Source of the DNA: Ascidiella aspersa
Taxonomy: Eukaryota
Length of the DNA: 64,000 bases
Assembly (NCBI GenBank): GCA_963924565.1
Contig: OZ004613.1
Location: forward strand, 21,700,001-21,764,000
Direction of reading: 5' to 3'
Under the pieces are notes generated by a model. That model did no database searches. It saw only the letters and a list, made by a program, of their open reading frames with translations, and was not told where the DNA came from. The translations under genes and the position numbers were made by a program. Of this stretch, positions 26,155 to 39,500 are shown piece by piece (the stretch's first letter is position 1; each line of letters opens with the position of its first letter).

Positions 26155-29100
26155 TCAAAACATGAGTGGATCGACTTGCATTTGACTAGGGATATTGCAA
26201 GTGTGCAGCCAAGCTTCCACCTCCTGTTCTTCTGCGTCAGTCATATTGTATAGTTGCGGGGTTCGATCGCACAAATGGCGGATATCTTCGTTTGTAATCA
26301 GTGGCAGGTCGTCGGTAAATCCGTCAACGAAATCCAGCAGTTGTTGTTCCAGATCAAAAAAGCTGGCATCGTCTGGCTGTAAATCAAGTAAGAGTTTAAC
26401 ACAATACAAAATATTGAATAAGAACTAATCAATGAACATGTTTTACGTTTATTTTTCCTAACCGCCGTGCACCACCGGAAACGCATGGGACGAGGTTGAA
26501 AGGTTCCGCCAGTTCCTTTATTTCATCCAGGAAATCCACCTCTTCAAAAATTATTCTTCTCATCCTAGTTGGCTTTCTCATCTTGCCGACGACCGAGGAT
26601 GAGGTGCAGCGATGCTCTGGATCATCTTGAATCCTGAACAACTTCTCCCTTGTCAAGGCTCTCTGCATGTTTGCCATCCAATCTTTCTCTTTTTTCTCAT
26701 CGATTTTTGGTGCATCATGAAAAGTTGGAGACTCGGAAATCGGAGACGACTTATTCTTGGGCACCATTTTAATCGCATCACTCAAGTCTTTCCGTGTAAT
26801 CTGATGATTGGATCCACAACGCTTGGACACCGGTCGTTCTAACTTGCTTGGCTGTCGCAGCTTTGACTGGTTCTTTACCACAATTTGAGCCTTGTGATAA
26901 ATCGGCGCAAGGAGTTTCGAGGAAGAATCAACTTTGTGTGGTGCCTTAAGTTTTGTAGGTGGACAAAGTTTAGAAGGAAAACCTTCCGGTGCTTTTCGAG
27001 AGGTGGGTGCAGCTGTCAACTGAGAAGTGCTTACTTTTATCGCTGTCTTGATTGTGCTTGGTGTGCGCAATTTGGAGTGACATCCAGCAGCAGTAGGTTT
27101 TTTTGTCTTAGGTGTCTCCCCAAGATTTGACGGAATGGAAGACATATATTTTGTTGATTTTTTGGATCTTGCCTTCATCGCCAGCCGCTGTGCGTCTTCT
27201 TTCTCCTGCTCTGCCAACTCCTCTTGGTAGTAACGCTCCCAGTCTTCTTCTGTGGGGGCCTGGCGAACGTGTTTTTTCTTTGGTAGTTGATTAATGGCTT
27301 TCATAATGTCTTCAACTACAAGAAGTGTATCTTTGCTCGTTGTATCTCTGAGATTACAGAAGGAATTTATGTCCTGTCTTTTGCAATATGCCTTCTGTGC
27401 CATTCGCTGTGCGTCTTCTTTTGCCTGTTCCGCCAACTCCTCTTGGTAATACCTCTCCCAATCTTCTTCGGTGGGAGTTGTTCCAACGCTTTCTTCATTG
27501 GGCAATTTGTTAATTGTCTTTATGATATCGTTATTGCTGAATTTTGGAATTTTTACAAAAGGGTGCTTCCTTTTGGACCATTTCTGAAGCCAATATTCAT
27601 GTTCAGGATCAAGGAATCCTCCCAGTTCATCTGATCCTGGATAGCTTGTGACGACAACATGGGACTTACTAAGTACTGGGCGCAGTATTTTTGCCACTAC
27701 GGAAGATTTGTCAGTTTTATTTACTTTCTTCGAAGTACCAGCCCTCGCAGGAAGAGTAGTAGTTTGTGTTCCTTTGTTGAACTTTGATCTGGGTTTTAGC
27801 GCCGGCAACATTCGAACAGTTCCAAAAATAGTTTGGGTGAATGTGGTTGTGCTTTGTCGTTTTTGTAGGGTTCCATTGTCCGATGGTAGTACATTATCCG
27901 GTTGAGTTTGAGTTGTTTGTGTGCTTACAGGCGAACTAACGACTGGTACAGTCTGGGTGGAAAGAGTGATACCAACAGTATTGGAAGTCTGAGTAGACAT
28001 TGACGCTGAGAGCATGGGACGTTGGAAGGTCTGAGTTGAAGTCGACACAGCAAGTGAACTTTTCGAGTCATGTCCAATAGTTTGAGTGAAAACAGGGGCG
28101 GTTGTCGAAATAGAGGTCTGTGTGGATGCGGGTTTGTCAACAGATTGGGAAGTCTGGGTTGGAACTGACTTGAGGATCGGATTAACCGTTTGGATACGGG
28201 CGGGCATGAAGCATTTTTTGATGGTCTGTGTTGGAATTGGCGTTGTGACAAACTGAAAGGTTTGGCTTCCGACGGATAGGGATTGTGCTCTTACTGAGTT
28301 AATCGTCTGGGTTGAGCAGGTTTGAGTAATTGGGCGTTTTACAGAGGATTTGGCCGGTTGAATCGTGCAATAAATGAAGACCTGCTGCGGTGATTTAGAC
28401 ACGGCCTGGATAGTTGGGCTGCTCTGTGCTGAACATAGGGGGAGAATCGGCGAACCTACAGGCGATGGGGTTAAGACATCCTGTACCCTAATCTTCTTTA
28501 CTTTAGTCAGAAGAGCTTTAGCCTTGGTCAAGACATTCCTTTCCAAGTGCGCAAGGAATATTTCAAACATGTCGGAGGTGATGATGAAATGTACGCGTGG
28601 TCCATTGGTCGGAAACCCTGTTTGAAGGAACACAACCATATCATCAGGTAACAGGAACGGTTCGAATGGTAATTTGAGATAAGGTTTCGCAATGGACTTC
28701 ACGGCGACATTTGGTAGACCTATAAATACACAACGATGGGTTAAAAAGGTGTACAACTTAGCCCAAGGCAGCAATCAATATAAAATCCCACAGCAATTAC
28801 CTCGTAATCCTATATTTTCGAATTTCTTTCTTGCCGGAATGCAAATTGTCAGCAAATTATCGTTGTTTGGGTTGCTTGAAATCTTTGTGAAAAAATATTG
28901 CATGCACAAATTAACAAACTTAGAAATAGACACTTACAGGTAACAAAAATATGGTATTTATACATTGAAAGCTTAGTCATTACAATGGCTTACGCAGAAA
29001 CGAAAAAAGGGCATTACTAAGGGTTATAGTTCTTTTAAAATTAAAATGAATGTTTGCTTGGTTTATAAATGTAGCATTTTCCGAATAAAGCATGTTAATT

Positions 29101-31082
29101 CGCAGAAAATTCTGTCATTAAAAACAGGACTTTTACAATATGTAGAGGTATTTGAGACAGAAGGGCGACGTTACATTTTTCCACCACTTTTTACAAGCCG
29201 ACGTTATGATTTTGCTTGTAGTTTGTGTTTGTATTGTCATACCTTATATGAAATGAGGCTCATAGGTTAAAACAGTCGTATATCCTATAGTACAGTGGTC
29301 GGCAAATTTATTTGTCGCGGCCCAAAATACTCTTTTTAAAGCTATTGAAGGCCCGCTACGTAAAACAAGTACAAAACAGGGCGAATCCAGGATATTTGTT
29401 TTGAGTTAGAGGCACTAGAATGACGTCACAAAATTTTGCCATGAAATAATTGTTCTTAGAAATACCTGTTGTATTGAACGAACTCGTTCGCAAATAAGAA
29501 GCTAAAATCCAGGTGGCGAAACGTTTACCTTAGACCAGCGGTTCTCAGCCAGTGGGCCATAAGAACATTTGAGGTGGGCAACAGACCGATTTAGAAAAGT
29601 TAGATTTAGTTTCTTTGGTGTCACTATATTTAATTTTACAGGAATAATGGGTTGGGGAGGACTTAAAAAGTAATGCAAAATTATTGTCCAGCCGCAAGTA
29701 TCTCACTAATGCAGGGTTGAATTAATAATCTGTTTTGAAATATGTTCTGCTGTGTTTTGTTCTAAACCTATTTTACAGTTTTTTCTGTCAAAAATATGTA
29801 TTGGGCATATTTGCAACGTAAATGAGCCACGAAAGAAAAAAGGTTGAGAACCGCTGCCTTAGACGTATTAATGCATAAAAGATTAAAACCATAGCATTTC
29901 CACAGCGGAATGGCGGCAGCCGCAGTCACGTAAAAGTTCGAACGAAACACATAAAATGATTACATCATGTAAATCTTGTAGTGAAAGCTGGATAAATGTT
30001 ACTCACGATACTATAGCAATATTACAATGGTAAATAAAAAAATACATTAACTAGATAAATGTTGGTAGAAATTGTATTTTGTAGGGAGTCTAAGTCCACA
30101 CAGCGTTATGGTTGTGGACACCAAGAAAGGGTGAAATATTACATGGCGCCTTGATGCCGAAAACGATGTCAAATACTATAAAACGATAATATACGCACGA
30201 ATCGCAAAGAAAATTTGCGATTACATATAGTTCAAGTTGAAAAATATATTTGACAGGCCCTCACAGTGCCTTATTTACCACGCAGGCCTGAACCACGGTG
30301 AGACAATATAATAATTCTTGGCAACACGTAGCCAAATACAATACAATATATGCACAGCATTCACGCGGCTCACAACTACATGATAAAACAATAAAACATA
30401 GCTCGCGGCCTGCGGCCCACATTTGGGCCGTGGCCCACTGTTTGCCGACCACTGTCCTAGTATAGATAACGTTTATTTTCAGTAGGCTATTTAGCAAACA
30501 TCGCATTCAAAATTTCAGCCGCATCCTACAACTTCAGAATTTTGTTTTTACTTTTTTTCAAGAAAACTTAAATTAATGCAGCTATTCCGATCAAACAACT
30601 GAAATACTGGTGTAACCTATGCTTTACCTTCAAGCCTTTTTCAAGTGCAGCGTTCCTCGACCGCACAATTCTTCGTAAAAAGGATACAAACCTAAACAAC
30701 GTTGCAAAAAAACAACGTTGTAAGATAGCTGTTAAAACTCAAGTGTGGATTATGTTAAATTACATGACTATCGAAACGAAAACACTTCAATAAATATAAA
30801 GTTTGTTAATTGGAAACATATTTACCTTTCCACGAGAACACATCCACCCTCGAAAAGTGCGATAAACATTATCACACTGACCAACAACATAGCGATGTTA
30901 AAAGCCGGGTTGGTCTTTAGTTTCTCCAATGAGTCAGGGACCATTGAATAGAAGCATTTCTGCAAAGCCTGGAAATCATTCGCAGGCTGCTCTGGTTCGA
31001 ACGTAATGCCGAACAACCCATTGAAGGGCGCAAACAGTTTCGAGTCGATTCGAATAAAAATCATAGCTTTCGCTTCTGCCAT
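26155..31082 (-). CDS. Orphan protein of about 965 aa with TQT (LC8-type) repeats, copy A; exons 31082-30826, 30691-30628, 28882-28801, 28719-26447, 26376-26155
   Basis: Four GT-AG introns with compatible phases (2,0,1,0) give 2898 nt. All splice sites and frames are preserved in copy B. AATAAA at 26049-26044. The last intron donor (GTAAAA) is the least certain. Confidence 0.75.
29293..30454. mobile_element. hAT MITE with nested MITE (29536-29856) in intron 2 of the TQT gene
   Basis: Outer TIR cagtggtcggcaaa / tttgccgaccactg, TSD tcctagta (exact in copy B). Inner TIR cagcggttctca / tgagaaccgctg, TSD ccttagac. Confidence 0.88.
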
Positions 31083-32141
31083 AAATTTCTGTCGTTCCCG
31101 ACAAAAGACATTGAACGAATATGACAAAAAATGCAAACAAAAACTTTGCCCTGGCCAAAATCCATTATTTCAATTCGCTTGTGACGTCACAGAATCTTTG
31201 AAAAACTACAGAATTTAACAAACTTTTCGGAAATTACAGTCAAATCTTTTACAAATACTGCATTAAAACAACCATTAAATTAAGAAAATAACACACCTAT
31301 AGTTTATTTTATTAGTATTACTTGTGCATAGCAAGATTAAAAGCATACAGGCACACGGAAAAAGCCGAGCGTCGTATCAAAAATCAAAATATTGGCACTT
31401 TGTTTGTAAAATTGGCATACGCGGGTACTATATTTTGTTTAGTTTTTTGTTGTTCTGTAGTTAATACCGACTGGTTAACACTATATAAAGTACACCTATA
31501 TATGCCATATGCAGCCAACCAAAGCTTTAAAACTGGTCCGCTAAACTTGTTACATTTTTTAATTCATAATGGTAGGTAGGACAGCAGCAATTATTTGCTA
31601 TAAACATTTACTTGACTAATGCCTTATGTAAGAGGCAGAAATACAGTTTAGACCAGTGGTTCAAAGTTGGCAATATCTCCCTTTTTTGCATTTACTATTT
31701 TTGCATTTACTATTTTTGCATTGAAGAAATACAACGCGTGTGCCAACATCACAAAATTCTGAGTTACATTCCTAAAAAAAAAACATTGTTAGTCAAAGTC
31801 TGGAAACAAGTACCAGGGAAATTTGGAGCAAAGTACCAGGGAAATTTGCATCAACCCTAATTGTTCTTTGTGCTTTGTAAAGCCCAATTAAGTCAAGTAT
31901 TAAATGTGTGAAAACAACTATCAATTAGTGAACAGTTTTTTTTTAATAACGGCATCACAAAACTACTTAATTTCCTGTTTCAACAATAGGGATAGTTTTA
32001 AAAGAGGTAAATACCTCAATCCAATTTACAATTGCCATTATAGGTTTTTTAAGCGTATGATCCGAAATATTTCCAAACACGTTTGCATAATTATACAGTT
32101 TACATCATAACATATTTCTATTTCAGCTTAGTGAGTTGACT

Positions 32142-32579
32142 CAGGGTTGCCAGTTAGGAATTTTAAAGCCAAATTTGAAAATTTAGGCATTTTTGAACCC
32201 CTTTTGGATTTTATGTTTTGAAAAAAAAAATCGAAAAAAAAAAAAAAAAAAATCGAAATCAACTCTTTGTTTTATTGGGGGTTTATAGACTTTTTTCGGT
32301 TTTATTCAAAAATTTCGTAAGTGCTGTATTAAACTAACAGAAAAACAGAAACCTGACAAAAAAATCTCACTAAGCGAAAAATTGCCAAGAAAAATTAAAA
32401 AAAAAAGCTTAAGAAAAATTGCCATAAAAAGAGAAATTCAATGCACCAGCATGACCATTTATTGCATTTTTTACAAGCAGAGGCTTGTTAGAGTTTTTAT
32501 TAGATTTGGCTTTTTTTGTCTCTTTTTGAGGCAAGTTTTTTTTTGTTTTTGTTTTTGTTTTGGCTATCTGGCAACCCTG
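32142..32579. mobile_element. hAT MITE (CAGGGTTGCCA termini)
   Basis: TIR cagggttgccag / ctggcaaccctg; TSD agttgact. Only the right part recurs, at about 40423-40753. Confidence 0.9.
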
Positions 32580-32993
32580 AGTTGACTATGTCCAATCCGC
32601 ATTTCTTTAGAGCTATCTTTTGTGGTTTGTGTGAGTACAACAGTGAGGATAATGGTAGGGTAACAACACGTCCCCTTTTAAGAAAGTAAGGCAAATCAAT
32701 GGTCTTCCAAGGACACTGCAGAATGCCCATGTGCTCAATTTGCATATTTTGCGTTATTAGCTTCTGGCATAGAGAATATACGAATATAAAGAAGAAGTGA
32801 TAAAATATTAGGCGTAAAACTACTTTGCATTCTATTTTTGTTGATTTTTTGTACAATACATTCCTTAAATTTATAGAGCTTCGCGTTACACCTGATCAAC
32901 AATAAATAAAGGGAATACCACTGAAAAAGACTATGGTAGCAATAGCAAATGATATAACCTTCTAAATATATATATATATAGCTTATACAAACT

Positions 32994-33188
32994 TTTGATA
33001 ATATCCACTTTTGTGAAGTGCATTTGGTAAAGTTGTTTGATATTTTTATCATCACGCGGAATTACGATAACTTTTGCTAAATTTTATGCACATTCTTCGT
33101 TCTATGACATTTTTTTATTCGACACAGCAAACATAGTATGTGTTGGTGGCCTATTCTGGCAAAAAGGGATGCAGCAAATACTTGGCAT
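32994..33188 (-). pseudogene. Decayed THAP zinc-finger ORF (DNA transposase-type N-terminus)
   Basis: MPSICCIPFCQN...FAVSNKKMS*NEECA*NLAKVIVIPRDDKNIKQLYQMHFTKVDIIK: C-x4-C start, IPR.D and HF..DII motifs, two in-frame stops. Confidence 0.65.
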
Positions 33189-34365
33189 TGTTCTGCGCAA
33201 AAACGTTACGCTTACATTTATTGTTAGTAAACCAAGTGGCTGTACTGAACCTGTACCACTGCAAAACATACAAAAAAATTAAATCAAATCCAAACTAATG
33301 TAATGTTTTTTTAATAAACTTACTAGAAGTTGTCTTGATGTTTTTTATCTTTTTTCACTACCTGAACTGTTGTCACAGCAATGAAATAAAACAAAGTCTA
33401 AAGGTCATAACCAATGTGCGATCGAGTTCACTGGTCAATAGTAGGTGTCTGAATCAGACCGTGACGGTGCACACGTAAATTTGATCACGTGACGTGAGTT
33501 TCAATTCATTTGTTTTGATGTCGTTGACCTGATCATCACTACTGTATTTGTTTTGTCACGTGACAAAAAGTGTTTAAGCCCAGAGAAAGTTGTCTACCGT
33601 CAATTCCTAACCTACTATTTTTTCGATAAATTCACCTTCTAAGGTGAAATCAAGTTGCGATATTATCACGCGTCGGGTATTGGTTACGACACGGTATTAT
33701 CGGACAAAACTTTAAAACGCATTTAGAACAACAAATAAACCAATATTTTGAAAAATCACAAAGAGAAACATTGGTTAACAATTACAATTACCAGAGAAGC
33801 TGTTTTGAGTAATATATGAGTTGAATATTTGTAAGTGTTCAGCAACCTTACCACGTCATTTGGCATAGGTGGGAATTATGGGGATTTATGGCTCATTGAA
33901 TTTCGTACAAGCCACAAATAAAATTATATTGCTATTGCCTCGACATAAAGACATTCATACAGATGTTCCCAATGGATGTGTGAGATGGTTCATTCTGTCC
34001 GGTATTCGATCGCTGATTGGCGGATCTACTTCGATAGGTGAATCTACACACGCGCAAGACGGACTTACGTCACAACGCACGTCCACATATGCTTTCCCGA
34101 TGCTTCGCGCTCGGTCGAGAGCCAACCCCCCACCCCGAAATGTTCTCTTGTAGACGCGATGGATAGAGCGAGCGTTATGGATAGGAATAGCGTACGGCCC
34201 CTTCCTTAAAAGTGTCTCGAGACGCCTTCAAACACATCCGAATGGGCACTGCACGTGGCAGTATGCCATTGTTTTATTTCGATAACCGTTTCGTTATTTT
34301 CTATTTCTGAAAGAGTAGACTATTACTTATTAAGGTTAAAAATATTATACATTATCCATTGCCCC

Positions 34366-35422
34366 CAGTGGCGTATCCAGGGGGCGGGAGTTCTTACCCC
34401 TTTTTTGTAAGTAATATTATCGTTGTTTTTTCGTTTTTGTCATGGTTTAACAAACTGTTCGAAGCGGCGTGCTTTTTAAGTAATTGGGTCACGCGTCTTA
34501 ATCTAATGCGAAACCAAAATTGAGCGCAAAACGCCGTTTTTCGTCTTTTGTTTGGTCGACCGTAAACGCAGGATAGTTTTTCTCTTTCGTTATTTGTTTA
34601 GGTTGACTGATTAGCAAGTGTGTATATTCGACAATTGACAACGCTAAGTCAAACTTTCTTTCTTTTTTCCTCGCTAAAAAACGTCGAGTTATACGCAGTG
34701 TATGTTCCTCGCTGTTCGGTCTTTGCGCTAATATTCGATGTTGGTGTAACATCGACATTTGTTTAACTGACGCAGATTCTTAAAAGGAGGTATTATGGTG
34801 ACTGTCGTGCGCGTTTTAAAGTCTCCATTTCTAAATAATGATGGTTAACGCAAAATTATGCTCTTAAGCACACTCTAAGACCACGTGCTAAGTGTTCAAT
34901 GCAATGGACACAACTTATTTCCCCTCAACCGCAGCTTGTAATTTAGCTGACCTTGGCACACAGCTCGGCGCAGATGTTGCGCTAATCGTGGCATAATAAC
35001 ACCCGGAATAAACGATCTTCGTTTAGTATTGCAGGCGGTAAAATACGTGCTTGTAATTTAGCGCTCGTTTCGTTTATGGAACTTGAAAACTGCGCTGCTG
35101 ATAGTCGAATTATGTGTGATTGATTCTACCACAATTAATCAGATTGCACAGCGTGGTTTCGCAGCTGGCGCCTGACAGGATTGTCGACGACGCAGGTGGT
35201 CACTTTTGGACGTATTTGGCTATTTCTGATTAGTTTTTTTATCACGTCTTGTAATCACCATTCTATGACGTCATACTGTCACTGTTTTATGACGTCATTA
35301 TTTATTAACGTCAGACGAAAAAATAGGGGAATTCCCCAAGTTGAAAATTCAGGACCCCCCTTTTTGATTTTCTGTTTACTCCCCTGATTTACCCCCTGGA
35401 AAATTTTCTGCGGGCGCCCCTG
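34366..35422. mobile_element. Possible non-autonomous hAT-like element (right part recurs at about 43186-43510 and 50545-50909)
   Basis: Ends cagtggcgtatccag / ctgcgggcgcccctg. No TSD seen. Confidence 0.4.
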
Positions 35423-36226
35423 CATGTGGTGGCCTATTTTATCTTAGTCGGTTTCTCTTCCTACTGACTCGACAGACGATGTTGTTAATTATCAGAATGG
35501 AAGGTTTTTCGTGGGAAAAAACAAAAGCAAAAACACCTCGATCGGAACAAAATATCTTACTGATTTGACCTTATAAAATAGTACGGATGTTTTAAAAATA
35601 CCTAAAGCTGTCCTATTTGATGTTTTATTTAATACAACTGAGCTGCATACAAATTTGTAATTGAGAACCGTATTTGGGAAATAAACAACTTAAATGTGCT
35701 TTCAATCAGTGGTTTCTAACCTTGGGATTCCAAGGGGGTCGCAAGGGTTGTCTGGGGGTAGATATATAGGGGAAACTAACACCAAAAAGCTATAATGTAC
35801 CTTTGTGTTTGTTTCCGAAGCTTAGCTACGGTCAATTTTTTTTTTCGGAGAATTATAAACGATGGCAATTTAACAACCGTCGCAGACACGTTTTGCGACA
35901 TTAAAATAGTTGTTTTACATTTAAATTCTCTGTCCAACTTATGTAGGCATTTTTTGCGGTCCTCGTGCGCCGTCATAGAGGAAATTTGGCCAATCTTTTC
36001 ATTGTGCCATGCAATGCGCCAGCCTTTCTTAAATGTATAATTGCAGTGACCTGATTCTAAGTAAATTATCATTTTTCATTTACGTCTTTCTGGTCGGTAC
36101 CAGTCCACTAAGTACCCGAAGCGTCTTTTACAAACTCCTTTAAAACGTTATAGTACCTTTGGGTTTTTGGAAAGGATGTTTAGATTATTATATTTCAGAT
36201 TTTGCGCTTTTCACCCGGCAACAAGT

Positions 36227-36373
36227 CAGGGTTGCCACACAGTTTTATGTGGAAAAATTAAGACTTTTATGACATTCAAAGACAAAAAATTATAGCCTTT
36301 TAAATACCTACAATATAAACACTTTTCAATAAACAAATTATTTCAAAGATTCAAATAATTTGTGGCAACCCTG
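36227..36373. mobile_element. Small CAGGGTTGCCA MITE
   Basis: TIR cagggttgccaca / tgtggcaaccctg. Confidence 0.7.
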
Positions 36374-36588
36374 CAAAAACATCGTCAATTTTAAGAAAAG
36401 GGACATTTGTTTGCTATGTTTGTTTTTTGTGTTTATTTCACAAGTGTTTGGATGATGTTATATTTACAGGTAATTCCATATACAAGACAGAATCAGAAAT
36501 GAAGCATAATGCGCAATTGGCATCATTTTACAATAAAAGTTAATGGGTTATATGGCTGGGATGTCTGCTGTTTTCCCTTGTAGGTTGT

Positions 36589-39500
36589 TTACCAGTTTCC
36601 AAACTCTTCGTTCCAGTAGGAACTGTTTCCACTTTCTCTGTAGAAAAACACAGTAAAAGCAAGTTATGAATACCACATAGAACTAGAAATATCGGCAAAC
36701 AAAGTATACCATTACATATTTTGTCGCAGGGAAATTAGGGGAAAACATCCACGGATAAAGGTTTGTCATTACTTTATTTTGGCAAGCAATATTTTTATTG
36801 AAGAGTATTTTGGCAAAGCCGAGTTTCAAACGCACACAAACTGCACACATTAGGTTACAGTTTCTCTAATCAAAAGACTGCAAGGTTTACTCCATAGTTG
36901 CGACAAATCCGCTCGGTCACCGTTGAATGCAAGCACGAGGTTTTACGCTGCGCAATGATAGAGGCAACCATCCGTAAACACGGAATGACATTACACATTA
37001 AAATGTTTTACCGACCTAAATATATTGGCGCTTAGAAAACGGGAGGTTACGGCACATTCTGAAAGTTAAACAAATGATAAACATTCTCCAGGCTGTGGAA
37101 TCAATAAAGGGAGTCAGCAGGTGGCCGATTTGATATTGACGTTATCTTATCAGCGGTTTTAATATCAGTTTCAAGTCCTGGTACAAATATAATTATTCCA
37201 CTAAGTTTGTGACAAGAGCATGTACTCTATCTATATAAGAGTGGTCTATTTACAACATAATTAAACTCAGCAACAACTCGACAAACCCATGTGTTTTAAA
37301 ATAATTTATACGACTTTTTCAATATCTATGGTACTACGAAAGAGACTAAACAATTACGAGAGGAATTCGCGTGGTAATTTACTGATTAAACGTATCACCC
37401 AATTTACCTAGGGTTAAAAATAAATATTTTTTTACCGACACAATATTTTTAGAGATAACGTCACAAAGTTGCGTCATAACGGGGCATTTTAAACAAGTAA
37501 CCATGTGAAGCCTAAGGTTGTTGTTCGATGTAGTGCACAAATATACATTTGAAGTATTAGTTTAATTGAAAAAGAACACGGCCTAGTAAAAAATAACATA
37601 CTTTTACCGGTGAGATGTACCTGCAAAAATGTTTATCCTGAAAAGTTTTACCCCGAACCAAAATTTTTGTCATTTAGGCCTAGAAAGTGCGTCAGGAATG
37701 ATACTTTTAAGATGGTAAGTTATTGCAAATGTCAAGGGTTAGAATATCACAGACTGGTTTTTGCGAATTGTTAAATTTAGGTCAAATACCTATACGAACG
37801 AGAAAACAACCAAACAAATATTCGACAGACATTACACGATTGGTTACCAGTCGTTTTCAGTCTTTTTGGTCTCGTTCGGTAATTCATGCAACACTCGTTT
37901 GCTACCAGACTGGATCAATTGCATTAATTCATTACTACCTACCGCTGATCGCAGGCCCGACGACGATCGTGGGGGTGTCCCCGGAATGCGTCAATCATTT
38001 CCCGGGGTCTCCCCTGTTCCACGGCCCTGCTCGTTGCCTGGCGGACCTCGTTCCTGCTGGGGAAACTCATACTGTCCTTCGGGCCGACTCGAGCTTGGAT
38101 AAGACTGACGCCTTTCCCGACTTGGTGCGCGGATTGAACGATTCCTTGGTGAAAACGTCGGGGTTCAGTTAATGCTGGTAGTGATTTGCAATGATATATG
38201 CCCAACGCCAGTCAATCTAACGGTTTGTTTGTAACAAACACAGATTTTTTTTCAGTTTGGCAATTATGTATTGCAAACTTCAAAAAGAATTGGATCAATG
38301 TGTTATGTTGAACATCATTTCAGACTGTCGTTACTTTTTGACGATGCTTTGCGGGGTTCAGTTACTGCTGGTATATAGTGATTTGCAATAGCTTATCCAT
38401 GAAGCCAGTCAATCTAACTGTGTATTTTTTTTTTAGTAATTCGTTTGCAACAACTACAGAAAACCGTTTCGAACTTTTTTCAGTTTGGTAAGTCGATATT
38501 GCAAGCTTTTAAATGAATTAGATCAATATATCATGACATGTTAGACATTATTTCAGATTGTTTCCGGTTATGTTATTCTCAATATCCTATTGTAACTCAC
38601 TCAAGGACAAAAACTACAGAATATTGACGCATCGAAAATTTACTTTAAAAAATTGTTCTTCCTGTAAGGAACTTCCCCGTAAGGTTTCATTTTGTCAACG
38701 GTACAAGAAGCTAAATTTCATAGCTAAAAAATAAAGTAGTTTTCATTCAATTGTTTAAATTTTGATTGTTTGTTTGAGGAGAAGTCGATATGTCATTTTA
38801 TAGCGCTATCCTAGCCAATTTTTAAACGGGGTGGGCAGAGCTCTTACACAATATTTACTTATGTATAGCAATTTGAATGGTTTCACTCTTTGCTTAGTGT
38901 TGATGTGTAGTTAAGTATATAAAAAAGTTGTTTAACGATTTTTCGATTTGCAAGTTTTACGCTACTATTTTTTATTAGTTATTTTGTGTAGGGGCCGTTT
39001 GAATTTTATTTGCTACTTTTTGCAACTGATTTAGGCTAAGTTTAGGAAAAACAAGCTGCTACATTTGATGGAGATGCAATATAGGGACTTACACAGTGGG
39101 TAGGCACCAGACTACGTATTTAAAGTATTAACGACTTTTGATATCAAATTGCCAACTTAAATAAACCATAAAAGTTATCGCACATCCCCACGTGATAACA
39201 GACTCGCGCCGGAGCTGCAGACATTTAAGCGAATCTGTACTGTTTTTACAGTATACCAGATCAGAACAACTGTTCTATAGTGGTGTTCATTCGGTAATGG
39301 ATATTATGGTTTAGTTTGAATAAGGGTTATTATATATAAAAAGGTCGTTTTAGAGCTAAAGACTCTGAAAATGTTACCAATCACTTCTTAAGGAGTTAGT
39401 CGCTTACAGAATTTCCCGTGGAAGCATTTGGCCCTTAGGCCAGAGTTTCCCAAACTTTTTTGGACCACGGACAACTATTTGTGAATCTGTTTTTTCGCGG

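Larger units (their letters stand above)
17251..31158. repeat. Segmental duplication, copy A (matches 50050-64000 in direct orientation, offset about 32.8 kb, with several large indels)
   Basis: Collinear blocks 17251-17722~50050-50524, 19517-23067~50911-53323, 23068-24036~55913-57086 and 25100-31158~57987-64000. Confidence 0.92.

Noticed and set aside
26429-28774. ASCIZ/ATMIN orthologue, or a stand-alone 781-aa single-exon gene
   Set aside because: No C2H2 fingers. The TTG start lies in a predicted intron that carries a stop in copy B.
37723-38172. Plus-strand ORFs of 113-149 aa (also 45341-45866)
   Set aside because: Antisense shadows of a GC-rich minus-strand exon, with non-ATG starts and frames broken between copies.
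39312-39327. Ascidian spliced-leader RNA-like tttgaataag
   Set aside because: Only a 10-nt match, with no proper donor or Sm-site context.
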